A stretch of 64,000 nt of DNA, taken from assembly GCA_037447605.1 (NCBI GenBank), contig CM074810.1:434001-498000 (forward strand), written 5' to 3'. The notes beneath the pieces are model-generated. The model saw only the letters and a list, made by a program, of their open reading frames with translations, was not told the DNA's origin and searched no databases. This document shows positions 19,171 through 38,815 of the stretch, in pieces. This DNA is from Zygnema circumcarinatum SAG 698-1b (taxonomy: Eukaryota; Plantae; Zygnematophyceae). A program made the position numbers and the translations under genes. How positions within the stretch are numbered: the stretch's first letter is position 1; the number at the start of each line of letters is the position of its first letter.

Positions 19171-21593
19171 TCTCTCTCTCTCTCCCTCTCTCTCTCTCTC
19201 TCGCTCTCTCTCGCTCTCTCTCTCTCTCTCTCTTTCTTTCGCACTTACAGAAAGTTGAAATTTGCAGTTGAGGTTTGAAATTCTATAGTGGAGTCTAAAA
19301 TGTTCTGAATGTTGTATATTCATGTGAAGGTTCTGCAAGGATCACGACTTCGAAAAACCAAATGATGAGCGGGGTTTGCAACTTATGAACGCATGCGCCA
19401 AAGCTGTGATGGAGGATTGTTCCGACATAGTGTTTGCATACGGAGTCAGTGATGAGTACAGGTATTCCATTTTCCCATTGACTAGAATCCATTCACTTTC
19501 CTCTCTCCCTCTCTCTCTCTCCCTCTCTCTCCCTCTCTCTCGCTTTCCCTCTCTCTCACCTATACACACACAGAGAGTGTGTGTACACCTCTTTTCAAAG
19601 GAGGGTCTGCGATTCTTTTGTGTTTCATATGATTTTTCCGTGCATCAAATGCTGAGTCTGCTCGTGTATGCTTTTGAAATTGGTCGGCGGTTCTTTTTTC
19701 TGAGATAGAAGTGAATGTTTCCATGGGTTGGAACGTCCCAGTTTTGTATTGCAAAGAAACAGCACTCTCTACCAACGAAGAGCAAGGTGAGAGCCTTAAT
19801 TTCCTCTACAACAGACTTTCTGCTCTAAGTTTCGTTATTGCAAAACATGTATTTCAGTCTGTAATTCACTTCAAAGAATGTGTGATGCTTGGTAGTTGAT
19901 ATTATATATACTAATACTAGTTATTGATAATGATGCTTGTCAAAGTATGTCTACGCTGCTGCTGATTTCCCTCATCCTCACATGATTTTTGGAGGAGGGC
20001 TGTGCTCTGCAGCAAATTAATTTCGGTTGTAGTCTCTTTGTTTTCCGCCACATATGTCATGCTTTGGCCGATATTCATGGGCAACACGATGTTGCGATAT
20101 GCTCCTTCGTTTGATGGCCGTACAGTCTGCTACCCGACTGAGGCCATCCTGAGCGACTATCTCTCGTGGCGTCAGGTGGACTGTAGGAACCTGTACCCTC
20201 ATTGTCTTAAAAATCAAAAGCATGAGAAGAGCACAGTTGGTTATGTGGGTCTATTCTCTCTCCCTCCCTCCCTCCCTCCCTCCCTCCCTTCGTCCTCCCT
20301 CCAAGGTGTTGATCTCGGGTTCCTTTGGAGTATTCAGCATTTTTTGGGTGCTTCTGGTTTTCCCTGTAGTCGATGTTTCCGTGGAGTTGATGAATATGAA
20401 AGATTTAAGGTCGTCTGCATTGCATTCAGAAAGAATTTCCTGTGCGGACCTCATGCGCTCTGATGTAGCCAGGAGGAGGCTCAGGAGCCTACCTATGGAA
20501 TGTTCAGTTTTTTCCTTTCTATGGGCTTTCTGCATGTTTGGCTTGGACCTGAAGTTGCAGGATGCAATGTGGTAGCATGTTTTTACTCTCTTTTTTATCT
20601 AATGTTACAGGAATCTTGTCGGAGAGTCTTCATTTCTGAACTAATTTCTTGGGGGCTGTTCGGGATGAGAGTGAAGCTCGGACAACCTATGTACTAACTT
20701 GCTCTCATGAATTGCAGGCCATATAAATAATCAATACAATACCTGCTACTGGGCATTAGTGAAGTCAGGCCTCTCTCCTTCAGATGCTCAGAAGCGACTA
20801 AAGGTTTTTCCCCACTATCCCAATCCTGCCTTTCAATGGAGCTGAATTTCTACACTTTTTGCTTTTTATTCTCTTGTGGTATGAGCTTGTTTGGCTGAAC
20901 TACTCTTAGGAGAGAAATTTTTGTTTGAATGTAGGGCACCACAGCAAGCGTGAAGAATGAACTTCTGTTTGAAGAATTCGGCATCAACTATAACGAACTC
21001 CCAGAGATGTTCAAAAAGGGGACCTCTCTGTACCGGCAGGAGGTGAGAGAGCGTTTTTTTTGGCTTTCCCACCTGCTCTCAGTCTCAGCATTAGAGAAGA
21101 ATGTTCAACCCTATTTAAAAAATAATACTTAAGCTTGTTTAGTAACATAGTTTGAGGCTGCAATGATCTGCACTATCCTTTCACTTGAAGGCTGTTGCTT
21201 CACCATTTCTGTGAGGTTTTTAGTGAAACTGCAGATTTGCTCACGTACGGTGGTGATGGTAAAGAGGGGACTCTCGCTCTCTCCCTCACTCTCGCTCCCT
21301 CCTCCCCTCTCCCTCTCCCTCTCCCTCTCCCTCTCTCCCTCTCCCTCGAATATTCCTGCCTTTTCGACTTTATGATCCACCGCGCTGACTTTGCTGAATT
21401 TAATTGAACTTCATATCATATGTATTCGCCGTTGTGGCAGCAATCAGAGGAGGTGAAAATTGGCAGCAATGGGGAAGCGGTGGTGCGATCGAGATGGAAA
21501 GTCACAGCCTTTCATGGAGACATAATTCAAGACACCTTTTGGTTGAACAATAGGCACATCCTTGGGGACGCAAAAGAAAGGCAGAAAATGTGA
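18927..21593 (+). CDS. THG1: tRNA(His) guanylyltransferase Thg1, 7 exons, single Thg1 unit
   Basis: Exons splice to [13 protein letters not shown]...[13 protein letters not shown]|[33 protein letters not shown]|[15 protein letters not shown]|[35 protein letters not shown]|[14 protein letters not shown]|[25 protein letters not shown]|..[10 protein letters not shown] (TGA 21591-21593). All junctions are GT-AG and in frame. Confidence 0.95.
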
Positions 21594-22091
21594 GCCTTGT
21601 TTGAACATGTTGCGGCTTCATGTAGCCCTAAATTGGGGCAGAAGAAATGCAAGCTAATTTTTGTTTTTACATACATACATACATACATACATACACCATG
21701 CATCCTGCCTTTTGTGACGTTTGCATCAGAAATGGCCAAAAAACAGCTGCCACGTGGCCATAAATGATTGGCATGTTCCCGATTGCCTAGGTCCGCACTC
21801 GAGCCCTCGTGGTTTTCGGGAGAGGGGACGGGGGCTCCTTCAAGAGAGGTCTGCCGCTCTTTGCCACAGAGTTCCGTAAAAGGCTTTACGGCGAACGACT
21901 GTAACTGGGACTGAGCATGTGTACAGTATAAGAACTTGAATTGAAATTTCCCATTCTATTGTCAAAGATGGTAATGACGACCAGATGCGGCCACCCTTCA
22001 GTGCGTGCGCGAACAGCGATCCGACGATGGAACTTTGTCAATCGCCAAATGGACACGTGGCTCATTATCGACCGTCGACATCGTATTTTGC

Positions 22092-22590
22092 AGATTTGGA
22101 GACAAGGTAGGCGCGCGGCCCACCGTTTTCGGCCACACCTTTCCTCTCCGGGCAACTCGCAGCCAACCTTGAGCTGCGCGGACGACGCACGCCCAATCGC
22201 AACCATTGGATCCAATGGTTGATCCAACCTATGGTCCGTCCAGCGCATGGCCCGAAATGACTTTGGCTGCCGTGTCCGTCCGCGATTGGGAGAGCGTCGG
22301 CCGGGCAGCTGAAATTCTTTTCGGTCCTCCCTCGCCGCGAGTACGAGCAGGTGCAGCCCCCCTTCGGCGCGTCACGTCACGTCACGCGCACCGTACGCGA
22401 CCATTCCCCCACGGCGATGGCGCCACCTGTCTGTCCGTACAGTCCTATCCAAGATTTGAGATGAGGTAGACGCGCGGCCCACCATTTTGGGCCACACCTT
22501 TCCTCTCCGGGCAGCTCGCGGCCAACCTTGAGCTGCCCGGACGGCGCTCGCCCAATCGCGGACGCTTACGTCGCGCACACGGCAGCCAAA
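22092..22590. repeat. Nested repeat block: ~108-bp direct repeat (22092-22200 / 22452-22559), partial inverted copy (22262-22310) and 20-bp perfect palindrome AACCATTGGATCCAATGGTT (22201-22220)
   Basis: Direct comparison, e.g. ggtaggcgcgcggcccaccgttttcggccacacctttcctctccgggcaactcgc vs ggtagacgcgcggcccaccattttgggccacacctttcctctccgggcagctcgc. Confidence 0.85.
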
Positions 22591-22698
22591 ACCATTTCAG
22601 GGCTGCCCGGGGCCCACCCCAAGGCCACGCCCTCCGGCCCGGGACATCATTTCTCCCTCACTCACCTCACCCTCCCTCTCTCTCCCCCCTGCTCACCT

Positions 22699-23571
22699 AT
22701 GGCCGTGCAGAAGGCTGCAGCTGCTTTGTGCGCCTTATGGCTGCAAGCAATGCAACTGCTCGCAGCAGCGCTAAGCAGCGGGTTGAAGGCTGCTGTAGCG
22801 GCCCGCACGCAGCTTGAAGGCCTTGCCTTCGATTTTTGCAGTGTCCCATGGCTGGTCGTCATGGAAAATCTTGGATACAGCTTGCTGGACACGGCTTGGT
22901 TCTGGCTGGGTGTGGGCGCCAAAGAAGTCGGAAAGTCATACCTTTCCGTTGTGGACTGGCTGCACAAGGAGTTCGCAAGGGAGTTAACCAATCCTCGCCG
23001 GGTATGACCTGCTGCACCTTATAAAGCTTTCAAGCCTTTTTTTTTAGGGTTGTTAGCATCAAAAAGTTCGTTGCCTTGGTGCTTGCTTTTGTATGGATGA
23101 GTTTTTTGGGTTGGTATGCAGATGCTGGACTAATGTGGCGCTTGTTGTCTCTTGTTGGCAATACAGGTTCCCCCGACCGTGAAGACAGATCCCGCATATT
23201 ACTCGCCGCTCTATCAGCCTCACCCGCCATTTAATACCAGGCAGTCCAGGCTGTATGAGCCTGAGCCACCATTTGGTGCCAGGCAGTCCGGCTTCCGTGA
23301 CTCATCAGTGTTCAGTGCGAGCCAACTGGCGTTCCGTGAGCCGCAATACAGCCGCCGCCACAGTAGTACTCGGGAGGGGGAAAGGCGAATGGCAGTAAAT
23401 TTGCCAAATCCCATTCCGCAAAGCTTCTCCTCTTGGAGAATGAAGCAGGAAAAAGAATGGCAAGAAATAGCTGAATTAGCTTCTATTCGTGAAAGGTTGA
23501 ATGATTGGGATCGGGAGAGGAATCGTTTCTCGGGCTGGCACGTGAATTTGGACTTGCCCCGAAACCGCTGA
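22699..23571 (+). CDS. Orphan two-exon hypothetical protein (~235 aa), possibly degraded
   Basis: Exon 1 is 22699-23001 (MAVQKAAAALCALWLQAMQLL...LTNPRR). A phase-0 intron gtatga...atacag (23002-23166) leads to exon 2 at 23167-23571, in frame (VPPTVKTDPAYYSPLY...LPRNR*). The sequence is non-repetitive and coding-like, but no family is recognised. Confidence 0.45.
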
Positions 23572-24771
23572 AAACTCCGGTGAACCCACTTCATCCCATG
23601 TGGAGTGACCCGAGAGGGGTCTTTTTGCCATCTAAGGATGGCCGCAACCTCAAGTGTCCGCTCTGTCCTTGAGAGTTTAAAGCAATGGTTGAGTCAGCGA
23701 AGCTGAAGACTGCGGAGGAATTCAAGAGAGATTGTTTGGAGGCGTACAATATGTGGCGAGCAAAAGAGGCGCCTTTCGAAAGCTCCAAAGCGAATGGGAA
23801 GATTCAGCTTCATTTTTAGTTTTAGTTGCACGTCAATTTTGCATTTTGATGTACAGTGTTTGCACTTTTGCATTCCTTCATTAGTCGGTGTCTACGTCAG
23901 CTTCAGTGTCTATGTCAGCTTCAGCTTCAGTTTCAGTTTAGTTTGCTCAGACTTTGGGAGATTGAGTGCGATTTTTTTGCTGCAACATCATTATGTTTGC
24001 AGTTTCCATCGTTGCTCAATTTCAAAGTGTAGTTCAAGAGTGTAGCTAAACATGGAACTGGCTGACCAGCATTTTTCATTTTTCATTTTTCATTTGATTT
24101 TTTTTCAATGAGAGTGCAATAAAGCGTTCGCAGGAAATGTTGTTCAGTCGTCGCGTTGGTTTATGAGCGTTGTCCTCAATTGTATTTCGTTCATAAGAAC
24201 AAAAGTGTTTTTCTTTTCCTGTTGGATGGCTCTCTCTCTGCCGGTTTTTTGCAGCACCTCCTTGGTATGTTCATGCTCAAGGTGGTTTTGCAAAGCAGCC
24301 AGATCTTGTCCTCTCCTTGTTCCATAATTTGCCCATAATTCTTCTTTTCTGCTCTCCTCCCCTCCCCAGGCAGACGAAGAAGTCTTTTAGCTACATCGGT
24401 CGCACGTGCGAGGGAGCGACAGGATTGGTCAGCTCTTGAGCCTAAAAAACATGGAAATACTGAGGGTCTGATTACCAACCATTTCAGCAGCAGCCCCTTG
24501 AAGTGAAAACCATAAACCACCTCTATACAATCGTGGTAAGGACCCATTGGTCGGTGCCGATACTCCATGGAACGAACATGAAAGCTTAAATTAAACACCT
24601 TTGGTGTTTCTGCAATTTTTAGGTACAACTACAACAACACTACACCCCAGAAATTGACTAACCTGAACTAACTGATGCACGAGTTCTGGAAATCCTAAAG
24701 TTATAGAAGCCGAACTAAAACCACAATTCTTGAACCCTTCAATCAGACCTTTGCAGAAGAAGCCCAGAACC

Positions 24772-27700
24772 CTAATCTTTCCGTCCAGATACCGTCTTCT
24801 TCACAGCTCCTACGGAAACAAGCAGACTGTCCAGTGAACTGAGGGTCTTCATGTCCTCCCTTGGAATCAAGGCCGCCCCTTTGCTCAAAACCCTTCCAAA
24901 ACCCTCCAAAAAGGACGCAAAGCCCTGCTTCGGTGGAGGCTCGGGGAGAAGCTCATCTAGAAATGCGAACGCAGCTTGCAGGTCGGAGGGGCCTGCCTTC
25001 ACCGGGGCGGAAAAGTGGGCAGGAATGATCTGTTTGAACTTCCACTCATTCGCCATGCTGTCTACCCACTCCTTCACCTGCAGAGAGAAAGAGAGTGACA
25101 GAGAGACTGAGAAAGGGTGGGAGAGAGGGAGAGAGAGGGAAAGAGTGGGAGGGAGAGGGAGAGAGTGGGAGAGAGTGGGAGGGAGAGGGTGTGGACGAGG
25201 GGAGCGAGAGAGGGAGGGAGTGAAATTGGGAGGCGGGGAGGGAGACGGTGAGTGCCGGAGAAGGGTGGGATTGAGAAGGGAGAGGGAGTGGTGGAGAAGA
25301 TTGGGAGGGGGGCATGTGAGAACTTAGACAAGGCGGTGGGAGGGGAAGGGAAAAAAGAGGTGTGTTGGGGGTCGGGGAGGAAAGGGAAGAAGGGGGAAAA
25401 TAGGGTGCCGTGGAAAGCAACAGGGGGGCAAGGCAAGGGGGAAGCGTGGGAAAGAGGGAGAGAAGGAGGGATGGTGGGAGTGGAGGAGGAGAGCGAGGAA
25501 AAGTAGACGAGGAAACCACTCACCTGCTCCGGCACTTTACTGAAGACAAGAGTTTTCACCACAGGTGAAACGATGAGGCGCTGCGAGACCTGCTGAAAGG
25601 TCTCCTCCGGCTCTAACAAGTTAGAGGGGCCAAAAAAGAGGATTTGAAGTACCATGCGTTGCCACCCTGCACAGAACCCCCACTTGATTTTCAGCGTCTA
25701 GATCAATGTGAAAAACCCAAAATTAAAATGGACCCGAAAAAAACAGAAAAATCGACAGACGTTGGTCCTTTTCACATGCAGATAAGTTTCTACTCTTCAA
25801 ATTGCAGTTTGCAGTTTGCGGAAACGTGGCACGCATAAAGCTAGAATTGCTCCCTCTATGGGATGACAAAGAACACCTACTCTCTCCACCTCCTTCACTT
25901 TCCCCATCGTCCCCCTCTCCCTCTCCTTCCCTCTCCCTTTCTAGCTCACTTCCCTTCTCCTTTCTTTCCTCCCCTCGCTTCCTCCCACTCTCACTCCCCC
26001 CTCTCTTCCTCCCACTCTCACTCCCCCCTCTCTTCCTCCCGCACTCACTCCCCCCTCTCTCCACCCCCCCCCCCCCCACTCCCTATGTGAGGGAGAGAAC
26101 CCAAACCTCTGCGGCGAGAAGCAGGAGTGTCCTCAATTTCCACCTTCGGAACCTCCTTCCCTCTACTTAAAATCTGAACCGCCAATCCGTTCTGAGCAGC
26201 TTGAAGGAGCGCCTCCTTCCGTATGACTGCTGGAGGTTCCTTTGGAACAAAAATCACTGCATCTGTTACCAAAAGCGTTCGGGTGGGTCGATGAAAGAAA
26301 GACACCTCCACGTAGGGCCCAATACCTGCAATAAAAAAAATAAGGTTAATAATAAATAGGGTTAGGTTTGCAATTTTTTTAGGGTTTCAGACTCTAAGGT
26401 GCTTCACGGGATTTAGCAACACATCAAACCCCATATCAAGGCAATCAAAAGGGGGCATATTCCTCACCCACTTCAGGAGATTTCAACACCTTCTGCTCTA
26501 TCTCTCCTGCCCAGGGGGTAGAGCTATCGTTGTTTTCAAGAGTGCCCTCAGGAAATATCCCAAAGAGCTGAGGAGGGAGGTTGAGTGGCCAACTCCATTG
26601 GGAGGGAGCGATCCAAACTTTGGCTTCAGGGAAGCGGCGGGAGAAGGGGCCCACAAAGACCTTGTGCTCATAGGCGAAGGTGGGGAGGACTATGTGCTCC
26701 ACGGGCAAGTCCAACTCGCGGAGCAACTGAGGATGGGAGGAAGAGAGAGAGGGGGAAAGGAGGAGAGGGGGGAGGGGAGGGAGGGAGAGGGGGGGAGAGG
26801 GGGGGAGAGGGGGGGAAGAGGGAGAATGAGAAGGAGGGAGGAGGAGAGGGAGAGAGAGGAGGGGGAAAGAGAGTGGGCGGGAGAGAGAAGAGTGGGGGAA
26901 AAGCGGGGAGAAGGGGGGGGGGGGAACGGAGGGAGAAAAGGGGGAGATAAGATGGGAGGGAGAGAGATAGGGAGGGCGGGAGAGGGATCGGACGTGAGTG
27001 AGAGAGAAAGGAGAGGATGGTAGGGGAAAGGGGGAGCAGAAAGAGGGGGCAAAGAGAAAGAGAGGGGAGAATGAGCTATATTTGCTGCATAAGATCGATA
27101 AAACAGAACACTAAAGAGTAGGATATGATCAACAAGGTCAATATAAACGAGGAAATAAGAAAATGTAACAAAAGCCAATTTTGCTCGTTTAATCAACCCA
27201 GATCCAGTCCCTGCCGCAGAAATGGTCGGTTAACTGAACAGCATAGAAACGGAGAGAGAGAGAGTCCTACCGCCAGGCACTCGCTTGTAGGAGCGATCGG
27301 AGAGTGGACCCAAAGTCCACCCGAGTTCAATTTTATGACCGTCATCCGAATATTAGCAGTGACACTGCTGAACCCTAAACCCTGCTCCTGCTCAAAAACC
27401 CAAATTCGCCCCGCCTCCACCTGTTCCCCCCGCCTTTCCACATCCGACAACCACATTTCCCGTGTGAACAGGGCCAGAAATGGAATAGTTTTAGGTCTTG
27501 TAACATGATGGAGAGCTTTTGAGAGAAGTGATTTGAACAGGGCTACAAATGTTTTCAGAGTTTTGTGGAGTTTTGGAGAGATCGAGGGAGAGCGGGAGGA
27601 AGGGGAAGAGGGGAGAAAGAGAGAGGGGGGGGAAGGGATAGCAAAGGGGAAAAAGAGAGAGCGGCGGGAAAAAAAAAAAAATGGAAGGTAGTGGGAAAGG

Positions 27701-28378
27701 GCGGGGAGAGAGAGAGAGATTGAGAACGGGAGAGAGGTGCGTAGGGGAGGGAAGGGAGAGAGAGGCGGGAGGAAGAGAGAAGGGCGGAGGAGGGAGCGGG
27801 AGGTGGGGAGGGGAGAACGAGTCACGGCATAAGGGTCCAAAAATAGACATTGACTCAGCAACAATTAGTTTTTTCCAGTAGTTAAGTTTCAGCTTTCAGA
27901 ATCTGAATTCAATCATGTCTTTCATATATACATACATACGTATACATACTTCTCTTTGAAGGCATATAGGCTGGCCTTGAATTTCTTTCTAGCCTTTCTT
28001 CAAATGTAGGGTTTTTAAAGAGCAAACCTCGTAGCGGAGAGTCTGCCGCTGCAGAAGTGGACTGAGCGGAAATGGAAACCCTGTTATATTAAAATAAAAT
28101 CGCCCCGTTTCTCCCTTTTTCGACCCCTTCTCGGAAACTGCGTCCTTCTGAAGAGTTCCCTGAACCCTGAGCCCTGAAACCTGCCCTTTTTTTTGACCTA
28201 ATTTCTTGAAATTTCGGCTGAGGTCTTTGGATAGGGAGAGCTTCTCCCCTGAAAGGAAGGAGCATGGAACAAGAGTGGCTGTTGGGGCTCGGACGGAGAA
28301 CGGAACGGGACGCATGTGAAGGGAGGAAATGTGGGGGGAGACGCGGCTGTTCAGAACGAGTGGAGACGGCGCAGCCAT
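24772..28378 (-). CDS. DUF4336-domain (metallo-beta-lactamase-like) plastid protein, multi-exon
   Basis: An S/P/R-rich transit peptide (MAAPSPLVLNSRVSPHISS...) is followed by GRFYFNITGFPFPLSPLLQRQTLRYE|VEAGRIWVFEQEQGLGFSSVTANIRMTVIKLNSGGLWVHSPIAPT|..VEHIVLPTFAYEHKVFVGPFSRRFP..WSWPLNLP|EVSFFHRPTRTLLVTDAV|..QIIPAHFSAPV..KKTVSGRKD*. Confidence 0.88.
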
Positions 28379-28616
28379 GGCGGATATGGAAAGGGAAGCA
28401 GGGCGATCGGGGGAGGGGGAGAGAGAGAGAGGAGGGAGGGCGCTGAATGGAGGGGGAGAGAGAGAGGAAGAGAGGAAGAGAGGGAGAGGGAGCAGGATGG
28501 AGAGAGAGAGAGAGAGAGAGAGAGCAACAAGAGACAAGAGAGGAAAAGAAACGGAACATTTCTCATGGAGCTGCAGAGAGCGTTCCGTTGAGGTCTCCGC
28601 AGGCTGCGGAGGGCAC

Positions 28617-28692
28617 GCCACGTGGTTGCAATGCAGCCACCCTATTTTCTTCCATTAGGGACTCGCCACGTCAACTATCTGGTACACGTGGC
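28617..28692. promoter_or_regulatory. Cluster of three ACGT-core (G-box/ABRE-like) motifs upstream of the DUF4336 gene
   Basis: GCCACGTGG (28617-28625), GCCACGTCA (28665-28673) and ACACGTGGC (28684-28692) lie ~240-310 bp upstream of the ATG. Function is inferred only. Confidence 0.4.
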
Positions 28693-29374
28693 GAATTGGA
28701 ATTGGACACTGAAGAAAATTGAATTAATAATTAGGGCCGGATTGAAGTTGGATTTTAGGAGTCCTCCGGGTTGCAAACTGGCGGTGGGTTTTTCAACTTT
28801 TGAGTTCGCCGGTTTGCAACCAAGAACCTTTCCAATTGACAATTTATGGTTTTAGGTTTTCAGGGTTTTAGGTTTTAGGGTTTTTAAGATTGTAGGGTTT
28901 TGTGGGTTTTAGTGTCCTATGGTTTTTAGAATTTTTATATACATACAAAAATGAAATTGGTAACCTTAAAATCCCAATCTGGACTTGCTGACGAACACAA
29001 GAGAATACAAATCCTAAAATTCAAAAACCAAAAACCAAAAACCCAAAACCACAAACCACCATACACGTACGGCCAAAAAAACTTCGACATTCCCTATTGG
29101 CAAAACACCCATCGCTTTTCCAATTGTCGTGGACAAAAAAGGAAAAAAAAATTAACTTCACATGTAACCAACTAATTTAGCAAGGCGTTAAACCCTACAC
29201 CCTAAACTCTGAACCTTAAACCCTGAACCCTAAATTTAAACCCTGATATTAAGCACCAGACCTTATTTGAACCCACCTCTTGATTGATTGACAAAGGGGG
29301 CGAACTGCTCCTCTTGCATCGCCTCCCTCCTTTACTCTGACCCTAAAAATAAGGTTTTATGACCACACCCATAT

Positions 29375-29733
29375 TAACATCATCCCTGATTTCAACATCA
29401 TCCTTCTTCTTAACATGACCCTTCTCCACATCACCCTTCTTCTCAACATCACCCTTCTTCTCAACATAACCCTTCTCTTCAACATCACCCTTCTCAACAC
29501 CACCCTTCTCAACACCACCCTTCTCAACATCATCCCTGATTTCAACATCACCCTTCTTCTCAACATGACCCTTCTCCACATCACCCTTCTTCTCAACATC
29601 ACCCTTCTCCACATCACCCTTCTTCTCAACATCACCCTTCTTCTCAACATAACCCTTCTCTTCAACATCACCCTTCTGAACATCACCCTTCTCAACATCA
29701 CCCTACTACTCAACATCACCCTTCTTCTCAACA

Positions 29734-29739
<6 letters not shown>
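29375..29739 (-). repeat. Minisatellite of 15/18-bp units (GGGTGATGTTGAGAAGAA) starting at the SEC15 stop codon
   Basis: About 20 tandem units are visible. They produce the spurious VMLRRR/GDVEKK/NITLLL ORFs. Confidence 0.9.
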
Positions 29740-37831
<8,092 letters not shown>

Positions 37832-38177
37832 GGATTTTAGGGTTAGACTAAGGGTTCAGGGTTCAGGGATTAGGGTTAGGGTTAGGGTTAGGGTTCAGGG
37901 ACAAAGGTTAGGGTTCAGGGACAAAGGTTAGGGTCAGGTTAAGTTCGGATTGCGGGTCAGAGTCCAGGATTGTGTTTAAATATCAGGGTAGGGATATGGG
38001 TAGGGTTAGAGTTCAGATTAGGGTTATGATTGGGGTTAGGGATTACGGTTATGGTTCAGATTGATTTAGGGTTGAAATAGGAAGAGGAGAGGAAGTGTGA
38101 GAGCGGTTAAGCAAGAGCAGGAGAGGAGAGATATGAAGAGGGAGAGGGGGCGAGGAGGAGGTCATGGGCGAGGGAGA

Positions 38178-38261
<84 letters not shown>

Positions 38262-38371
38262 GGCTGTAAGGTCGGTCTGCAACGGTCAGCTCCACTGCTG
38301 GTTTCGCTCGTGTGGAGGCATGCATGGCATGGCATGCATCATGGGTACCCGTACGGACTTCATCACTCAGA

Positions 38372-38468
38372 TGTGTACTGTACAGTACAATACTGTACAG
38401 TACTGTACTGTACTGTACTGTACTGTACTGTACTGTATTGTACGAAAGCTAGGATTTCCGTACAGTAC
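38372..38468. repeat. (TACTG)n/(CAGTA)n quasi-palindromic microsatellite in the SEC15-RIO1 divergent intergenic region
   Basis: tgtactgtacagtacaatactgtacagtactgtactg... is directly visible. Confidence 0.8.
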
Positions 38469-38815
38469 ACGTGGAACAAATCTACACGTGGCGGGTGGCC
38501 ATTGGATACCGACGGTCCAAAAAAACCCGCGAAGGGCCGCCCTGAACCCTCGCTGTGGACCCCACTCCAAGCCCTCTCGCACGCATCACGGCAGAGCCTC
38601 TCCATCTCTCTCACCTCTCTCTCACCTCTCTCTCGCGCTCTCTCTCTGGCTCTTTCTCCCTATCTCCCCTCCGCCTCCCTGCCTCTCCATCCTCCTCGCC
38701 CTTCCTCTGCCTCTCCCTCTCGCCCTTGCCCTCTCTCCCGCTCTCCTTTTCTTTCCTCTCCGCCCTACTTTCCGCGCTCCCTCTCTCTCCCTCTCTCCCT
38801 CTCGCCCTCTCAGCT

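Noticed and set aside
19462-19740. THG1 intron 2 donor GTATTCC as a second U12 intron
   Set aside because: It deviates from RTATCCT at a critical position and has no CCTTAAC-like branch site near the acceptor.
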